Sequence record: NC_048045.1
Reading direction: 5' to 3' (one strand)
Length of the DNA stretch: 64,000 bases
Shown: piece after piece, positions 36,967 to 45,555 of the stretch
How positions within the stretch are numbered: position 1 is the first letter of the stretch
Layout: every line of letters starts with the position of its first letter
Translations under genes and position numbers: made by a program
The notes under the pieces: generated by a model
The model's database searches: none
What the model saw: only the letters and a program-made list of their open reading frames with translations
Told to the model about the DNA's origin: nothing

Positions 36967-37491
36967 ATGGGCCTGACGGGGTGCGGCTTCGCGCTCCTGA
37001 CGGCCGGCTCGGTCGCCTACGCGGTTGACCGTGGGGGCAGGGCGCTCAAGACGAGCGGCCTGCTCCTGTTCGCCACCTGGGCGTTCTCGGTCACCATCGG
37101 CTCGACCCTCGTGGCGGGCAACAAGCCCTACGTCTATGCCTGGGTGGACGGCATGTTCGCCGGCGCCGTTGGGGTGATGCTCACCGCGCGGTTCCAGCGC
37201 TGGCGGGCTGGGCTGTTCGCCCTGGCGATCCTCCAGATGTTCCTCCACCTCGCCATGATCGGCATCTGGGATTTCTCCCTGGCCGCGCGGCGGCTTCATG
37301 TCTTCTCGCTCAACCTCACCTACGCCCTGGAACTCTTCGTCCTCACCATCGGAGCGGCGGCCTATCGTCCAGGCGAGCGCGACGACGTGCCCGAGATCAT
37401 CGAGGTCCAGCACCACATCGTCGGCAAGGATGACGGGACCCTGCTCTACTGGCTTGAGTGTGTTGACAAAGCCAGACGTCCCGTCCTATAA
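36967..37491 (+). CDS. multi-pass membrane protein (about 5 TM)
   Basis: VAYAVDRGG motif followed by successive hydrophobic helices. Confidence 0.8.
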   Translation: MGLTGCGFALLTAGSVAYAVDRGGRALKTSGLLLFATWAFSVTIGSTLVAGNKPYVYAWVDGMFAGAVGVMLTARFQRWRAGLFALAILQMFLHLAMIGIWDFSLAARRLHVFSLNLTYALELFVLTIGAAAYRPGERDDVPEIIEVQHHIVGKDDGTLLYWLECVDKARRPVL

Positions 37492-37507
37492 GCACCTCGA
37501 CGACAAC
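37463..37507 (+). promoter_or_regulatory. repeated promoter P12
   Basis: TTGACA-18-TATAAG, GACGACAAC 37499. Confidence 0.8.
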
Positions 37508-37519
37508 GAGGAGGCCAGC

Positions 37520-37951
37520 ATGCCCACGCCCAAGACCGCAACGATCTCCCGCGCGCTCGCCTACTTGGCGATCACCGGCGGCACGAACTGCCTCACGATC
37601 AACACCCGGATCGCCCTGCACCCCTATCACGATCTGGTCCCGGTCAAGTACAAGATCGGCGACACCGAACTGACCCGCCACGTCTACAAGCTCACCGACG
37701 AGGGCCGCGCCCTGGCCGAGAAGAGCAAGCTCTGGAAGGGTCATCAGAAGCTCGTCGAGATGGGCTTCACGTTCAAGCCGTCCAAGCGCCGCCAGTCCTC
37801 GCGCTTCCTGTCCTATGACCACGCGACCGACGATTGCCGCAAGGATCGTCGCGGCGCGTTCATCTCGGGCGACAGCCCCTACGCCCAGCCGGCGCCGGGG
37901 CAGACGCCCGAGGGCAAGAAGGACTGGGACTACATCAAGGTGGAGGTCTAA
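37520..37951 (+). CDS. hypothetical protein
   Basis: GAGGAGG RBS; YKLTDEGRALA wing-like motif. Confidence 0.85.
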   Translation: MPTPKTATISRALAYLAITGGTNCLTINTRIALHPYHDLVPVKYKIGDTELTRHVYKLTDEGRALAEKSKLWKGHQKLVEMGFTFKPSKRRQSSRFLSYDHATDDCRKDRRGAFISGDSPYAQPAPGQTPEGKKDWDYIKVEV

Positions 37952-37954
37952 GCC

Positions 37955-38344
37955 ATGAAGCTCCATACCCCCATCGAAATTCTCACCACCGCCGCTGCGC
38001 TCATCGAGCGCAACGGCTGGGGCCAGGGCAAGGACGTCGAGACCAGCCCTCGCGGTGTCGGCTGTCCGACCTGCGCCAATCTGGCCCTGGGTGACGCCGC
38101 CCGTCAGCCCCATGGTGTTCTCGGTCCCAACTACCGCCCCTACCTGCAAGCCCAGGTCGCGCTCCTCAAGTACCTGAAGATCGACATCGGTCTGGTGCTG
38201 TTGGGTCAGACCGTCCACGGCTCGCTGATCGTCAACTGGAACGATGCGCCCGAACGCACGGCCGCCGAGGTCGTCGCCGCCCTGCGTGGCGCGGCCAACG
38301 CGCTGATGGTCGAGACGCTGGCGACGGAAGCGGCCCACGCATGA
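37955..38344 (+). CDS. DUF6197-like protein, paralog 1
   Basis: LIERNGWGQG...C...A...IVNWNDAPERTAAEVV. Confidence 0.7.
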   Translation: MKLHTPIEILTTAAALIERNGWGQGKDVETSPRGVGCPTCANLALGDAARQPHGVLGPNYRPYLQAQVALLKYLKIDIGLVLLGQTVHGSLIVNWNDAPERTAAEVVAALRGAANALMVETLATEAAHA

Positions 38345-38736
38345 CCGTCGCCCATGATCTCGCCCGCGCGCGCCGGCTGATCGAAGTCCACGGCTGGGCG
38401 CAAGCCCGCCCGGCGGCCGAGCGCAATCCGACCGCCGCGCCGGACGGCACGATGGCCTACTGCACCACCACCGCCATCCACGAGTCCTGCAAGTTCGAGG
38501 GCCGCTCGGACGATCCGCGCTTCGTGGTCGGCTACAGCAACCGCGTGCGCGACTGCTTCGCGGCCGTGCTCGACATCGTCAAGCCCGAGCGCGATCACCT
38601 CTTCGAACGCAGCAACCCGATGATGATCTGGGCCTGGAACGACGCGCCCGAGCGCACCGCCGACGAGGTCATGGAGACGCTGCACAAGGCGGCCGTGACG
38701 ATGGCTGACAAACTGGGTCTGGGAGACGACGACTGA
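38341..38736 (+). CDS. DUF6197-like protein, paralog 2
   Basis: LIEVHGWAQ...YCTTTAI...IWAWNDAPERTADEVM. Confidence 0.7.
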   Translation: MTVAHDLARARRLIEVHGWAQARPAAERNPTAAPDGTMAYCTTTAIHESCKFEGRSDDPRFVVGYSNRVRDCFAAVLDIVKPERDHLFERSNPMMIWAWNDAPERTADEVMETLHKAAVTMADKLGLGDDD

Positions 38737-39383
38737 TGCCGCTCTACCTGACCCGCTATCCCATCGTCTGGCCCGGCTCGTCGGCAAAGGGCTCGGTGAT
38801 GACGACGCTCTTCGCCAGGGACTATATCGAGGCGGGCATTTATTGCCGCGAACGCGGCATGGGCGAGGAACTCGTCAATCCGGTGGTCGTCACCGATGCG
38901 CGCACTCTCAACCATATGCGTCCGGAAATGCCGTCCGACCTCCTGCGCCGTCGGCGCTACGCAGACGCCCACCATGCGGCGACCTTTCTGTCGTTCGTGG
39001 GCCTCAAGTCCGGCTACCTCAATGTTGACGAACTGCTGGGCGATGTTTCGCCGGTCCACACCCTGGCCCACTGGGTGATGTTCAAGGGGCATGCCGAGGA
39101 ATTCGGCGGAACCTGGGCAGCGCCGGACGACGCCGAGCTAGAGCGGACGGCCGACTGGCTTGAACGCCTGGAGCGGCGCGTGCCCGGCTACCATCCCAAC
39201 ACCTTCGACGACAGCGAGCCCAAAGCCCCGCCGCTCGAAGACCCCATGCGGATCGCTCGCATGAAAGCCATGGACGTGGAAGCTCTGGCCGGCTTCGCCT
39301 CCGATTATCCAACCGAGCGCCGGATTATCCAGCGCCAACGCAAGAAGCGCGAGGCCAAGATCGCCCGCCTGGAGAACGCCTGA
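38736..39383 (+). CDS. hypothetical protein
   Basis: TGATG coupling. Confidence 0.75.
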   Translation: MPLYLTRYPIVWPGSSAKGSVMTTLFARDYIEAGIYCRERGMGEELVNPVVVTDARTLNHMRPEMPSDLLRRRRYADAHHAATFLSFVGLKSGYLNVDELLGDVSPVHTLAHWVMFKGHAEEFGGTWAAPDDAELERTADWLERLERRVPGYHPNTFDDSEPKAPPLEDPMRIARMKAMDVEALAGFASDYPTERRIIQRQRKKREAKIARLENA

Positions 39384-39384
39384 C

Positions 39385-40035
39385 ATGACCATCACGTGCA
39401 TGAACAACGAGGCCGTGATCCACAACCCCAAGCACGGGGTGATCCGGTCGGGCACGGTGGTCGTCATCGACTATTCCGAGGAGCCTGACCTCGACGGGCT
39501 GATCGGCCGCGTCACCATCGCCCAGGGCCGCGATACGGTCGAGGTCGCCGCTGGCCCCCGCGTCATCTCGGTCTTCCCGTGCAAGGTGCGTCCGCTGAAG
39601 ATGGGCGAGCGCATCGGCGATCCCGAGGCCAACGCCCACCTTGCCCAGATCGCCGAGATGGTCGGCGAGGGCGACGACATCGGCGCGGCCTGGGAGAGCG
39701 TCCAGGCGATCATCACCGAGCGCGACGCCTTCAAGGCCGCGATCGACACGGCCCTGGTCCAGATCAGCGGTGGTCTCTGCTATTTCACGGCCGACGCCAA
39801 GCACGCCCAGTTGCGTGACGCCGAGAAGACCCTGGAGCGGGCGCTGAACGGCGGGCAGGCCCCGTTCGAGAAGCGCGTTCACGGCGAGGAACCGGGCGAC
39901 GACTGGAGCCTGGAGCTTCACGTCTTCCACGCCGCCAACAACCCCAACCTGTCCGAGCCCACGCGGGAGCTTTTCAAGACCCTGTGGAAAGCCTACTGCG
40001 CCCTGGAACAACGCTGCGAAGGAGCCGCCCTGTGA
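39385..40035 (+). CDS. hypothetical protein
   Basis: Packed array. Confidence 0.8.
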   Translation: MTITCMNNEAVIHNPKHGVIRSGTVVVIDYSEEPDLDGLIGRVTIAQGRDTVEVAAGPRVISVFPCKVRPLKMGERIGDPEANAHLAQIAEMVGEGDDIGAAWESVQAIITERDAFKAAIDTALVQISGGLCYFTADAKHAQLRDAEKTLERALNGGQAPFEKRVHGEEPGDDWSLELHVFHAANNPNLSEPTRELFKTLWKAYCALEQRCEGAAL

Positions 40036-40580
40036 ACATCCTCCAAGACCTCCTCGCCCATCCCGAGCACATGACCGACGGCTACGCCTCGGCGATCTCG
40101 ATGCGCATCGGCGACACCCTGGCCAGCCCTCGGCGCCAGGACCTCTTCGACCTCGCCACCGCCCTGACGAGCATCTCCCACGCCCTGTTGGCCCAGGCGC
40201 CGCAGGCGACGCGCGACGCCATCATCCACGACAAGTCCGACATGGGTGACCCGATCATGGCCGCCTTCCGCCTGGGGCAGTTGTCCATGGCCGGCGAGAT
40301 CATGGGCTACGAGGCCAGCCGCCGGGCTGACGATGACATTGTCGAGGTGGTGCGCGAACACCAAGCCTTCCTCGCCGACATCAGCGCGGGGCGCGGCACC
40401 CAGCGCGAACTCGCCGCCCAGTTCGGGATGTCGGGGCGTGAAGTCCGGCTCATCCTGCGCAAGCTGGGGAGCAAGGGCCTCGTCAATACCGTGCTCGGCA
40501 AAAAGGTCGGCGAGTTCGAGGCCCGGCTGACGCCGCTGGCCTCCTCGATCCTCGACCAGATCGAGAAGCGCGCCGCATGA
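40032..40580 (+). CDS. protein with C-terminal MarR-like wHTH
   Basis: TQRELAAQFGMSGREVRLILRKLGSKGLV...ARLTPLA. Confidence 0.75.
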   Translation: MNILQDLLAHPEHMTDGYASAISMRIGDTLASPRRQDLFDLATALTSISHALLAQAPQATRDAIIHDKSDMGDPIMAAFRLGQLSMAGEIMGYEASRRADDDIVEVVREHQAFLADISAGRGTQRELAAQFGMSGREVRLILRKLGSKGLVNTVLGKKVGEFEARLTPLASSILDQIEKRAA

Positions 40581-41185
40581 AGCCGCTCGTCACCCTGCGC
40601 GCCTGTCCGCCCGGCCCCTTCCGGTTCAAAGGTTCGCTCTTCCTCAAGACCGAGTATGGCACGATCGTCGGCCGCAAGGACGGCCTGGGCGAACCGCACC
40701 GCTACGAGATGACCGACCGCTCGGACGTCTACTGCCTGGGTTCGGGCGAGTATTTCTGGGGCGGGGTCAACGGCGACGTCGAGGCTCGCGAGAACCTGAT
40801 GGTCGAGCCGATCGACATCGAGGCGCTCGACAAGATCAGCGAGACCGCCAACATGGTCCAGGCGATCATGGAGGCCGTGGGCTTTGCCTCGCTCTACGAC
40901 AACGGCGCGGGCATGTACGCCCGCAACGTCCTGCGCGCCATCCAGTCGGGCAAGTACGAGTCGTTCGAGGCCCTGCTGCCGCCGCATGTTCCCAGGGATG
41001 GAACGGTGGTGCGGGAACTGGACCAGGACGTCTCCCAGGAGACGCGCGACCTGATCGGCGACGCCTTCGGGACCGTGGCGCTGATCCAGGTCGAGGACCC
41101 GGAGGCCACGCCGGTGACCTTCACCCTGGCCGAGGTCGACGCCCTGCTGAGCGCCCAGCGCCGCAAGCTGGAGGCAGACCTGTGA
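40577..41185 (+). CDS. hypothetical protein
   Basis: ATGA overlap. Confidence 0.8.
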   Translation: MKPLVTLRACPPGPFRFKGSLFLKTEYGTIVGRKDGLGEPHRYEMTDRSDVYCLGSGEYFWGGVNGDVEARENLMVEPIDIEALDKISETANMVQAIMEAVGFASLYDNGAGMYARNVLRAIQSGKYESFEALLPPHVPRDGTVVRELDQDVSQETRDLIGDAFGTVALIQVEDPEATPVTFTLAEVDALLSAQRRKLEADL

Positions 41186-41775
41186 GGCTGGATCGCACGC
41201 TCTCCGAGGTCGAGTTCCGCGTCCTGACCTATCTGGGCCTGCGCAAGGGTAAGGGCACCACGGTGGGTCAAGTCGCCGCAAATGTCCCCGGCGCCGGCGG
41301 CATCGCGGGCGAGGTGCTCGAAAGCCTGCGGGACTTGCAGGTGATTCGCAAGATCGACGCCGAGCATTTCTGGAGCTTCGTGATCCACGAGCGCGGCGAG
41401 GCCTATCTGAAGGGCAAGACCCCGCACGAGGTCAAGAAGCGGCGCAAGAAAGCGCTGCCCGAGCCGCCGCCGCTGATCGATCGGCTTCAGACGATCCTCG
41501 ACGAGAGCATCGCCGGCATCGAGCATCCCTCGCAGGTAGCGATCAACGTTGCCGTGCCCCGCGCCGACCTCCAGGAGGCCGTCAGGGGCCTGAAGCTGCG
41601 TGAGGTGTCCACCGGCCTGCCCGAGGACTTCCTGGCCGCCTGGGACGATCTGCGGCGGGCGATCACCGCGATCGAGACGGCGAGCCTTCATTCGATCGGC
41701 GAGGCCGTCCGCTGGCTCGAAGAAGAGCGGCAGAAATTTGACAACATGGTTCGCGACACGGCGAGAAACGCATGA
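41182..41775 (+). CDS. protein with N-terminal wHTH
   Basis: LSEVEFRVLTYL...TVGQVAANV...LESLRDLQVI...IHERGEAYL. Confidence 0.75.
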   Translation: MRLDRTLSEVEFRVLTYLGLRKGKGTTVGQVAANVPGAGGIAGEVLESLRDLQVIRKIDAEHFWSFVIHERGEAYLKGKTPHEVKKRRKKALPEPPPLIDRLQTILDESIAGIEHPSQVAINVAVPRADLQEAVRGLKLREVSTGLPEDFLAAWDDLRRAITAIETASLHSIGEAVRWLEEERQKFDNMVRDTARNA

Positions 41776-42098
41776 CCCCCAAGACCTTCATCGACAAGCT
41801 GCGCGTCGGCGCCCAGAAGGCGCTCGCCCGCTCCAAGGCCTGGACGCCCGAGGAGAACATCATCCTCCAGACCCTGGTCTGGGCGCCGGCCAACATCAAG
41901 CAGCGCTCGGACCTCTACGTGGCCGGGACCATGCGGGGCATGCTGGCGTTGATCTCGACGATGAGCGGCCGGGTCTCCGAGGAGATCAAGACCCTGCTCT
42001 GGATGGCCGGCGAGGCGACCGAGATCGACGCGCCTGTCCCGGATGATCAAGTCCAGGCGGCTTTGATGGCGCTCGACGGCCTCCACGCGAGGGCCTGA
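41772..42098 (+). CDS. hypothetical protein
   Basis: ATGA overlap. Confidence 0.75.
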   Translation: MTPKTFIDKLRVGAQKALARSKAWTPEENIILQTLVWAPANIKQRSDLYVAGTMRGMLALISTMSGRVSEEIKTLLWMAGEATEIDAPVPDDQVQAALMALDGLHARA

Positions 42099-42099
42099 C

Positions 42100-42516
42100 A
42101 TGCTGTCGCGTGCGGCGCGTAGGGCGCAAATGACGTTGCAAACCGACGAACCCAATCTGATCGGCAAGGGCTACTGGCACAAGGGTCAGTGGATTCGCAA
42201 CACCATGTCGATGCGGCTGAAGGCCTATATCGACCGCGTACCTGACGTGCGGTTCTTCGAGGGCGAGAAGGGCTACTATCCGGGCACCATGCTCGACCTG
42301 GGTGGTGACCAGTGGAGCATCACGCCGATCACCGGCCGGCTTAAGCGGAACGGCGAGGAAATCCCCGCCCCGCCGTTCTTCGACATCTCGTCCCGGCATT
42401 ACAGCCTCGCCCTGATGCGCAAGCTGGAGAAGGAAGGCGCGCTGGTCGCCGCCGTGCTCGACGTGCGCTATGACGGCAAGACGACCGTGGCGCGCTTTGA
42501 TCCTGTGGCCCGCTGA
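42100..42516 (+). CDS. hypothetical protein
   Basis: Packed array; start may be ATG 42130. Confidence 0.7.
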   Translation: MLSRAARRAQMTLQTDEPNLIGKGYWHKGQWIRNTMSMRLKAYIDRVPDVRFFEGEKGYYPGTMLDLGGDQWSITPITGRLKRNGEEIPAPPFFDISSRHYSLALMRKLEKEGALVAAVLDVRYDGKTTVARFDPVAR

Positions 42517-42800
42517 TGCCCAAGCTCTGGAACAAGCCTGTCCCGCTGAAGGCCCAGCCGATCCCCTACCAGATCGAGCGCTACCTGCTCGACCACCGCG
42601 ACGTGCGGCTGGTGCGCGGGCGTGATGGTTGGTTCAGACTCCAGGGCCGAACCGGCGTCAACCACTTCTCCCGCGTGCCTGGATCGGGGCGCTATTCGGC
42701 GCGCACGGCGCTGCAATGCGTCGACAGCCTTTGCACGATCGAGTCCTACGACGACCGCAACCGGCCCGACATCATCGGCCTGCATCGGGACGTCATCTGA
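42516..42800 (+). CDS. hypothetical protein
   Basis: TGATG coupling. Confidence 0.7.
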   Translation: MPKLWNKPVPLKAQPIPYQIERYLLDHRDVRLVRGRDGWFRLQGRTGVNHFSRVPGSGRYSARTALQCVDSLCTIESYDDRNRPDIIGLHRDVI

Positions 42801-43165
42801 TGTGGTTCGATCCCAAGGTCCGCGCCCGGCGCCTGATGCTGCCCCGCAACGACGGCAAGTTCCGCTTCAACGGCGACGACTTCCCGTCGCTGATCTGCGC
42901 CGCCACGGCCGCCGTGCTGACCGACAGTATGTGGCAGAGCTTCGACCAGCATCCGATCCTGCTGCGTCGGACTGACAGCGACTTCCAACTCGATTGCGAT
43001 CCTATCGGCCTGGAGGAAGATCGCCTGCTGTTCGACCAGGACATCGTGATCTCCAACCGCATCGCCATGAAGCTTGTCGAGATGGGCTACCTGCTCGTCG
43101 TGACCAACACCGAGCGCGGCGCGCCCCAGCGCCTGGAGGTGGCGGACGTGGAGCGTCGGACGTAA
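42800..43165 (+). CDS. hypothetical protein
   Basis: TGATG coupling. Confidence 0.75.
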   Translation: MWFDPKVRARRLMLPRNDGKFRFNGDDFPSLICAATAAVLTDSMWQSFDQHPILLRRTDSDFQLDCDPIGLEEDRLLFDQDIVISNRIAMKLVEMGYLLVVTNTERGAPQRLEVADVERRT

Positions 43166-43446
43166 TGGCGAGGTCGCGTGTACGCGGCGCCCGAGGGCGC
43201 CGGCGCTTTGTCGAGGTGCGCGAGCAGCTTCAATGCGGCCCCTGGAAGCACCTGATCCGGGCCTATCGCGGCTGGCGGCGCTATAACCCCGAGACCGGGG
43301 CCATGGACATGTCCGAGCGCTACAGCAACGAGACCATTCAGCGCATGGTGACCAGCGGGACGCTCGACGTCCACGAGTTCGACGAAGACGGCGTGGTCCA
43401 GGTCTATCGCCTGGGGGCCAGCTTCATCGGCTGGCGGTCGTCATGA
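43165..43446 (+). CDS. hypothetical protein
   Basis: TAATG coupling. Confidence 0.7.
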   Translation: MARSRVRGARGRRRFVEVREQLQCGPWKHLIRAYRGWRRYNPETGAMDMSERYSNETIQRMVTSGTLDVHEFDEDGVVQVYRLGASFIGWRSS

Positions 43447-43790
43447 ACTGGCAGGCCCACCCCTACTACGCCCAGTTGGGCTTCTCGCCTCATCAAGCGC
43501 GCTACTGGGATGTCGAGAAGGCCATGGTGCTCAACCTGTGGGATGACATCGGCCGCGTTGGCGGGCTCGAAGAGCCCAGCCACTGGAAGCTCGTCTGGCG
43601 GCCCTTGCAAGTGGGCCGTGAAGGGCGATATGTCCTGGTCACCGCCCAGGCGGGGATCGCCTACCCCATGGCGTATCCGAAGGGCTATCGCGGCGCGATC
43701 GTGCAGATCGCCGCCGACGAGGACACCCGGCTGCGGCCGACGGCGCGGGACGAGACAGGGCGGGTTCTGGAGTACCGGGGCATCCAGTGA
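43443..43790 (+). CDS. hypothetical protein
   Basis: ATGA overlap. Confidence 0.7.
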   Translation: MNWQAHPYYAQLGFSPHQARYWDVEKAMVLNLWDDIGRVGGLEEPSHWKLVWRPLQVGREGRYVLVTAQAGIAYPMAYPKGYRGAIVQIAADEDTRLRPTARDETGRVLEYRGIQ

Positions 43791-44407
43791 AGAGCGATTG
43801 GCGCGAGACCTTGGCGATGGCGTTCGACCGACCTCTCCCCGTGGAGGCGCCGGCCGATCCCTATGCCTTCGACCCCAACGCGCCGCCGCTGATCCTCGAC
43901 TTGACCCCCGAGGAGAAGCTGTCGCTGACCGAGTGCCGCTGGGCGGCGCTGGACGCGATGGGCGAGGTGATCGGCGAGTTCTGGGCGATCCCCCAGGCCG
44001 CCGAGGGTCTGGCCCATATGCTCTATCCGGGGCTGGCGGCCTATGCGCGCGGTGGTCATCGCGGGCGCCTGAAGGCCAAGCGCCTGCGCCGGCTCTGCGA
44101 GGCCCAGAACTGGCGCTGCTGCTACTGCCATGGGGCGATGCGGCTCCCCGACGAGTGCGACAGCCCCAACGAGCCGGATATGGCGACCCTGGAGCACGTG
44201 CATCGTTCGACCGACGGCGGCGGGAGCACCTGGGACAACCTGATCGCCGCCTGCCAGACCTGCAATTCCCATCGCGGCTCGGTCACGCCGCTCAAGTGGT
44301 GGAAGCTGCGTCAGAAGCTCCTCCCGGTCTGGCCCGCCTGCTCGACGATCACCGAGGCGGCGCGTTACGCCCTGCGCGGCTATGGCCTGCTGCGACGCGG
44401 CTGGTAG
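43787..44407 (+). CDS. HNH endonuclease domain protein
   Basis: LCEAQNWRCCYC...ATLEHVHRSTDGGGSTWDNLIAACQTCNSHRG. Confidence 0.9.
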   Translation: MKSDWRETLAMAFDRPLPVEAPADPYAFDPNAPPLILDLTPEEKLSLTECRWAALDAMGEVIGEFWAIPQAAEGLAHMLYPGLAAYARGGHRGRLKAKRLRRLCEAQNWRCCYCHGAMRLPDECDSPNEPDMATLEHVHRSTDGGGSTWDNLIAACQTCNSHRGSVTPLKWWKLRQKLLPVWPACSTITEAARYALRGYGLLRRGW

Positions 44408-44409
44408 GG

Positions 44410-44458
44410 TACAACCGTTTTTGGTTGTAAAGGCGTTTTACAACCGTTTTTGGTTGTA
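44410..44458. repeat. two identical 20-bp palindromic operator-like sites
   Basis: TACAACC-GTTTTT-GGTTGTA at 44410-44429 and 44439-44458. Confidence 0.85.
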
Positions 44459-44469
44459 GCGCGACTGTG

Positions 44470-44516
44470 TTGACGGGGTTACGAAAACAGACTAGATGTA
44501 GGGCCTCGACGACAAC
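44470..44516 (+). promoter_or_regulatory. repeated promoter P13
   Basis: TTGACG-17-TAGATG, GACGACAAC 44508. Confidence 0.75.
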
Positions 44517-44529
44517 GCAGGAGACCCGC

Positions 44530-44718
44530 ATGCCCAAGACCCTCGTCCGCACTGGTGACCTTGGCCTCGGCTGGTACGCCAACAGCTACAGCGACGACTC
44601 CATGACCGTGCGCAATCCCGACAAGGGTCTGCGCATCGACCTGGAGCCCGAGAGCGTCGAGCGCCTGCGCCAGTTCTTCGCCGAGGCCAAGGCCGAAATC
44701 GCCGAGCGCGCCGCCTAG
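44530..44718 (+). CDS. hypothetical protein
   Basis: AGGAG RBS. Confidence 0.8.
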   Translation: MPKTLVRTGDLGLGWYANSYSDDSMTVRNPDKGLRIDLEPESVERLRQFFAEAKAEIAERAA

Positions 44719-44720
44719 CC

Positions 44721-45185
44721 GTGACCTCGCACGTCTCGTTCAAGAGGCAGACCACGGGCTTTGGCCTGACGCCGGCGCACCCGCCCGGCGTCACCATCGT
44801 CTTGCCGACGCTCTCGCAGGTCATCCACCCGCGCATCCAGGCCCGCATCGACAAGCTGACCGCCCAGTACAAGCAGGCCAAGGATCGCGCCCGCCGGCGC
44901 CAGAGCTTCAAGCTCCAGGCCCTGCTCGATGAGACGCTGCCGGGCAAGGTGGTCTTCCACCGCACCGCCGGGGGTTTCTACAAGGCCGACTTCACCGGCA
45001 CGCTGGAGGAGTTCCAGGCCATGAGCCGGTTCCTGATCGCCCCGCTCTTCACCCATGCCTGGGGCATCCGTTCGCTCAAGCCCCTGATCGCCGACGGCGC
45101 CCTGGCGGTCGAGGCGATGGACGAATATTGCCGGCCGCTGACGGCGCGCTACGTCGACAATGTCTGGACCTACGATGAAGCGTAA
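44721..45185 (+). CDS. hypothetical protein
   Basis: Packed array. Confidence 0.75.
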   Translation: MTSHVSFKRQTTGFGLTPAHPPGVTIVLPTLSQVIHPRIQARIDKLTAQYKQAKDRARRRQSFKLQALLDETLPGKVVFHRTAGGFYKADFTGTLEEFQAMSRFLIAPLFTHAWGIRSLKPLIADGALAVEAMDEYCRPLTARYVDNVWTYDEA

Positions 45186-45555
45186 GCGCAAAGCGGCGGT
45201 GGTCAAGCACGGCCGGCGGCTCACCGATCTGGAGAGTGGCGTCTCGGTCACCGAGGCGGAGGCCTCGGTGATCGGCCTGCTGGCGCGCGGCAAGCGTCTG
45301 AAGTTCGTCGACCTGGGCGACGACGGCTACTATCGAGTCCACTCGCTCTGCACGGCCGATCTCCAGAAGATGATGGAGGGCGAGAAGTCGGGCGCCCGCG
45401 TCTACCACTACACCACGCGCTTTGCCCGGCCCACGATCGACAGCCTCGTCGCGGGCGGCTGGCTGGCGCCGGTGCTGTCGGACGAGAACGGTCGGCCCCA
45501 GATGCTGGTCGCGCCAGGGCTGGCGGGCAACTTCCTCAGGGAGATGTTCGCGTGA
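45175..45555 (+). CDS. hypothetical protein, wHTH-like
   Basis: PTIDSLVAGGWL; start uncertain. Confidence 0.7.
   Translation: MKRKRKAAVVKHGRRLTDLESGVSVTEAEASVIGLLARGKRLKFVDLGDDGYYRVHSLCTADLQKMMEGEKSGARVYHYTTRFARPTIDSLVAGGWLAPVLSDENGRPQMLVAPGLAGNFLREMFA

Noticed and set aside
43787-44407. HNH gene as an intron-encoded or packaging-associated nuclease
   Set aside because: No interrupted host gene or intron structure, and it lies about 7 kb from terS/terL; treated as a free-standing HNH protein
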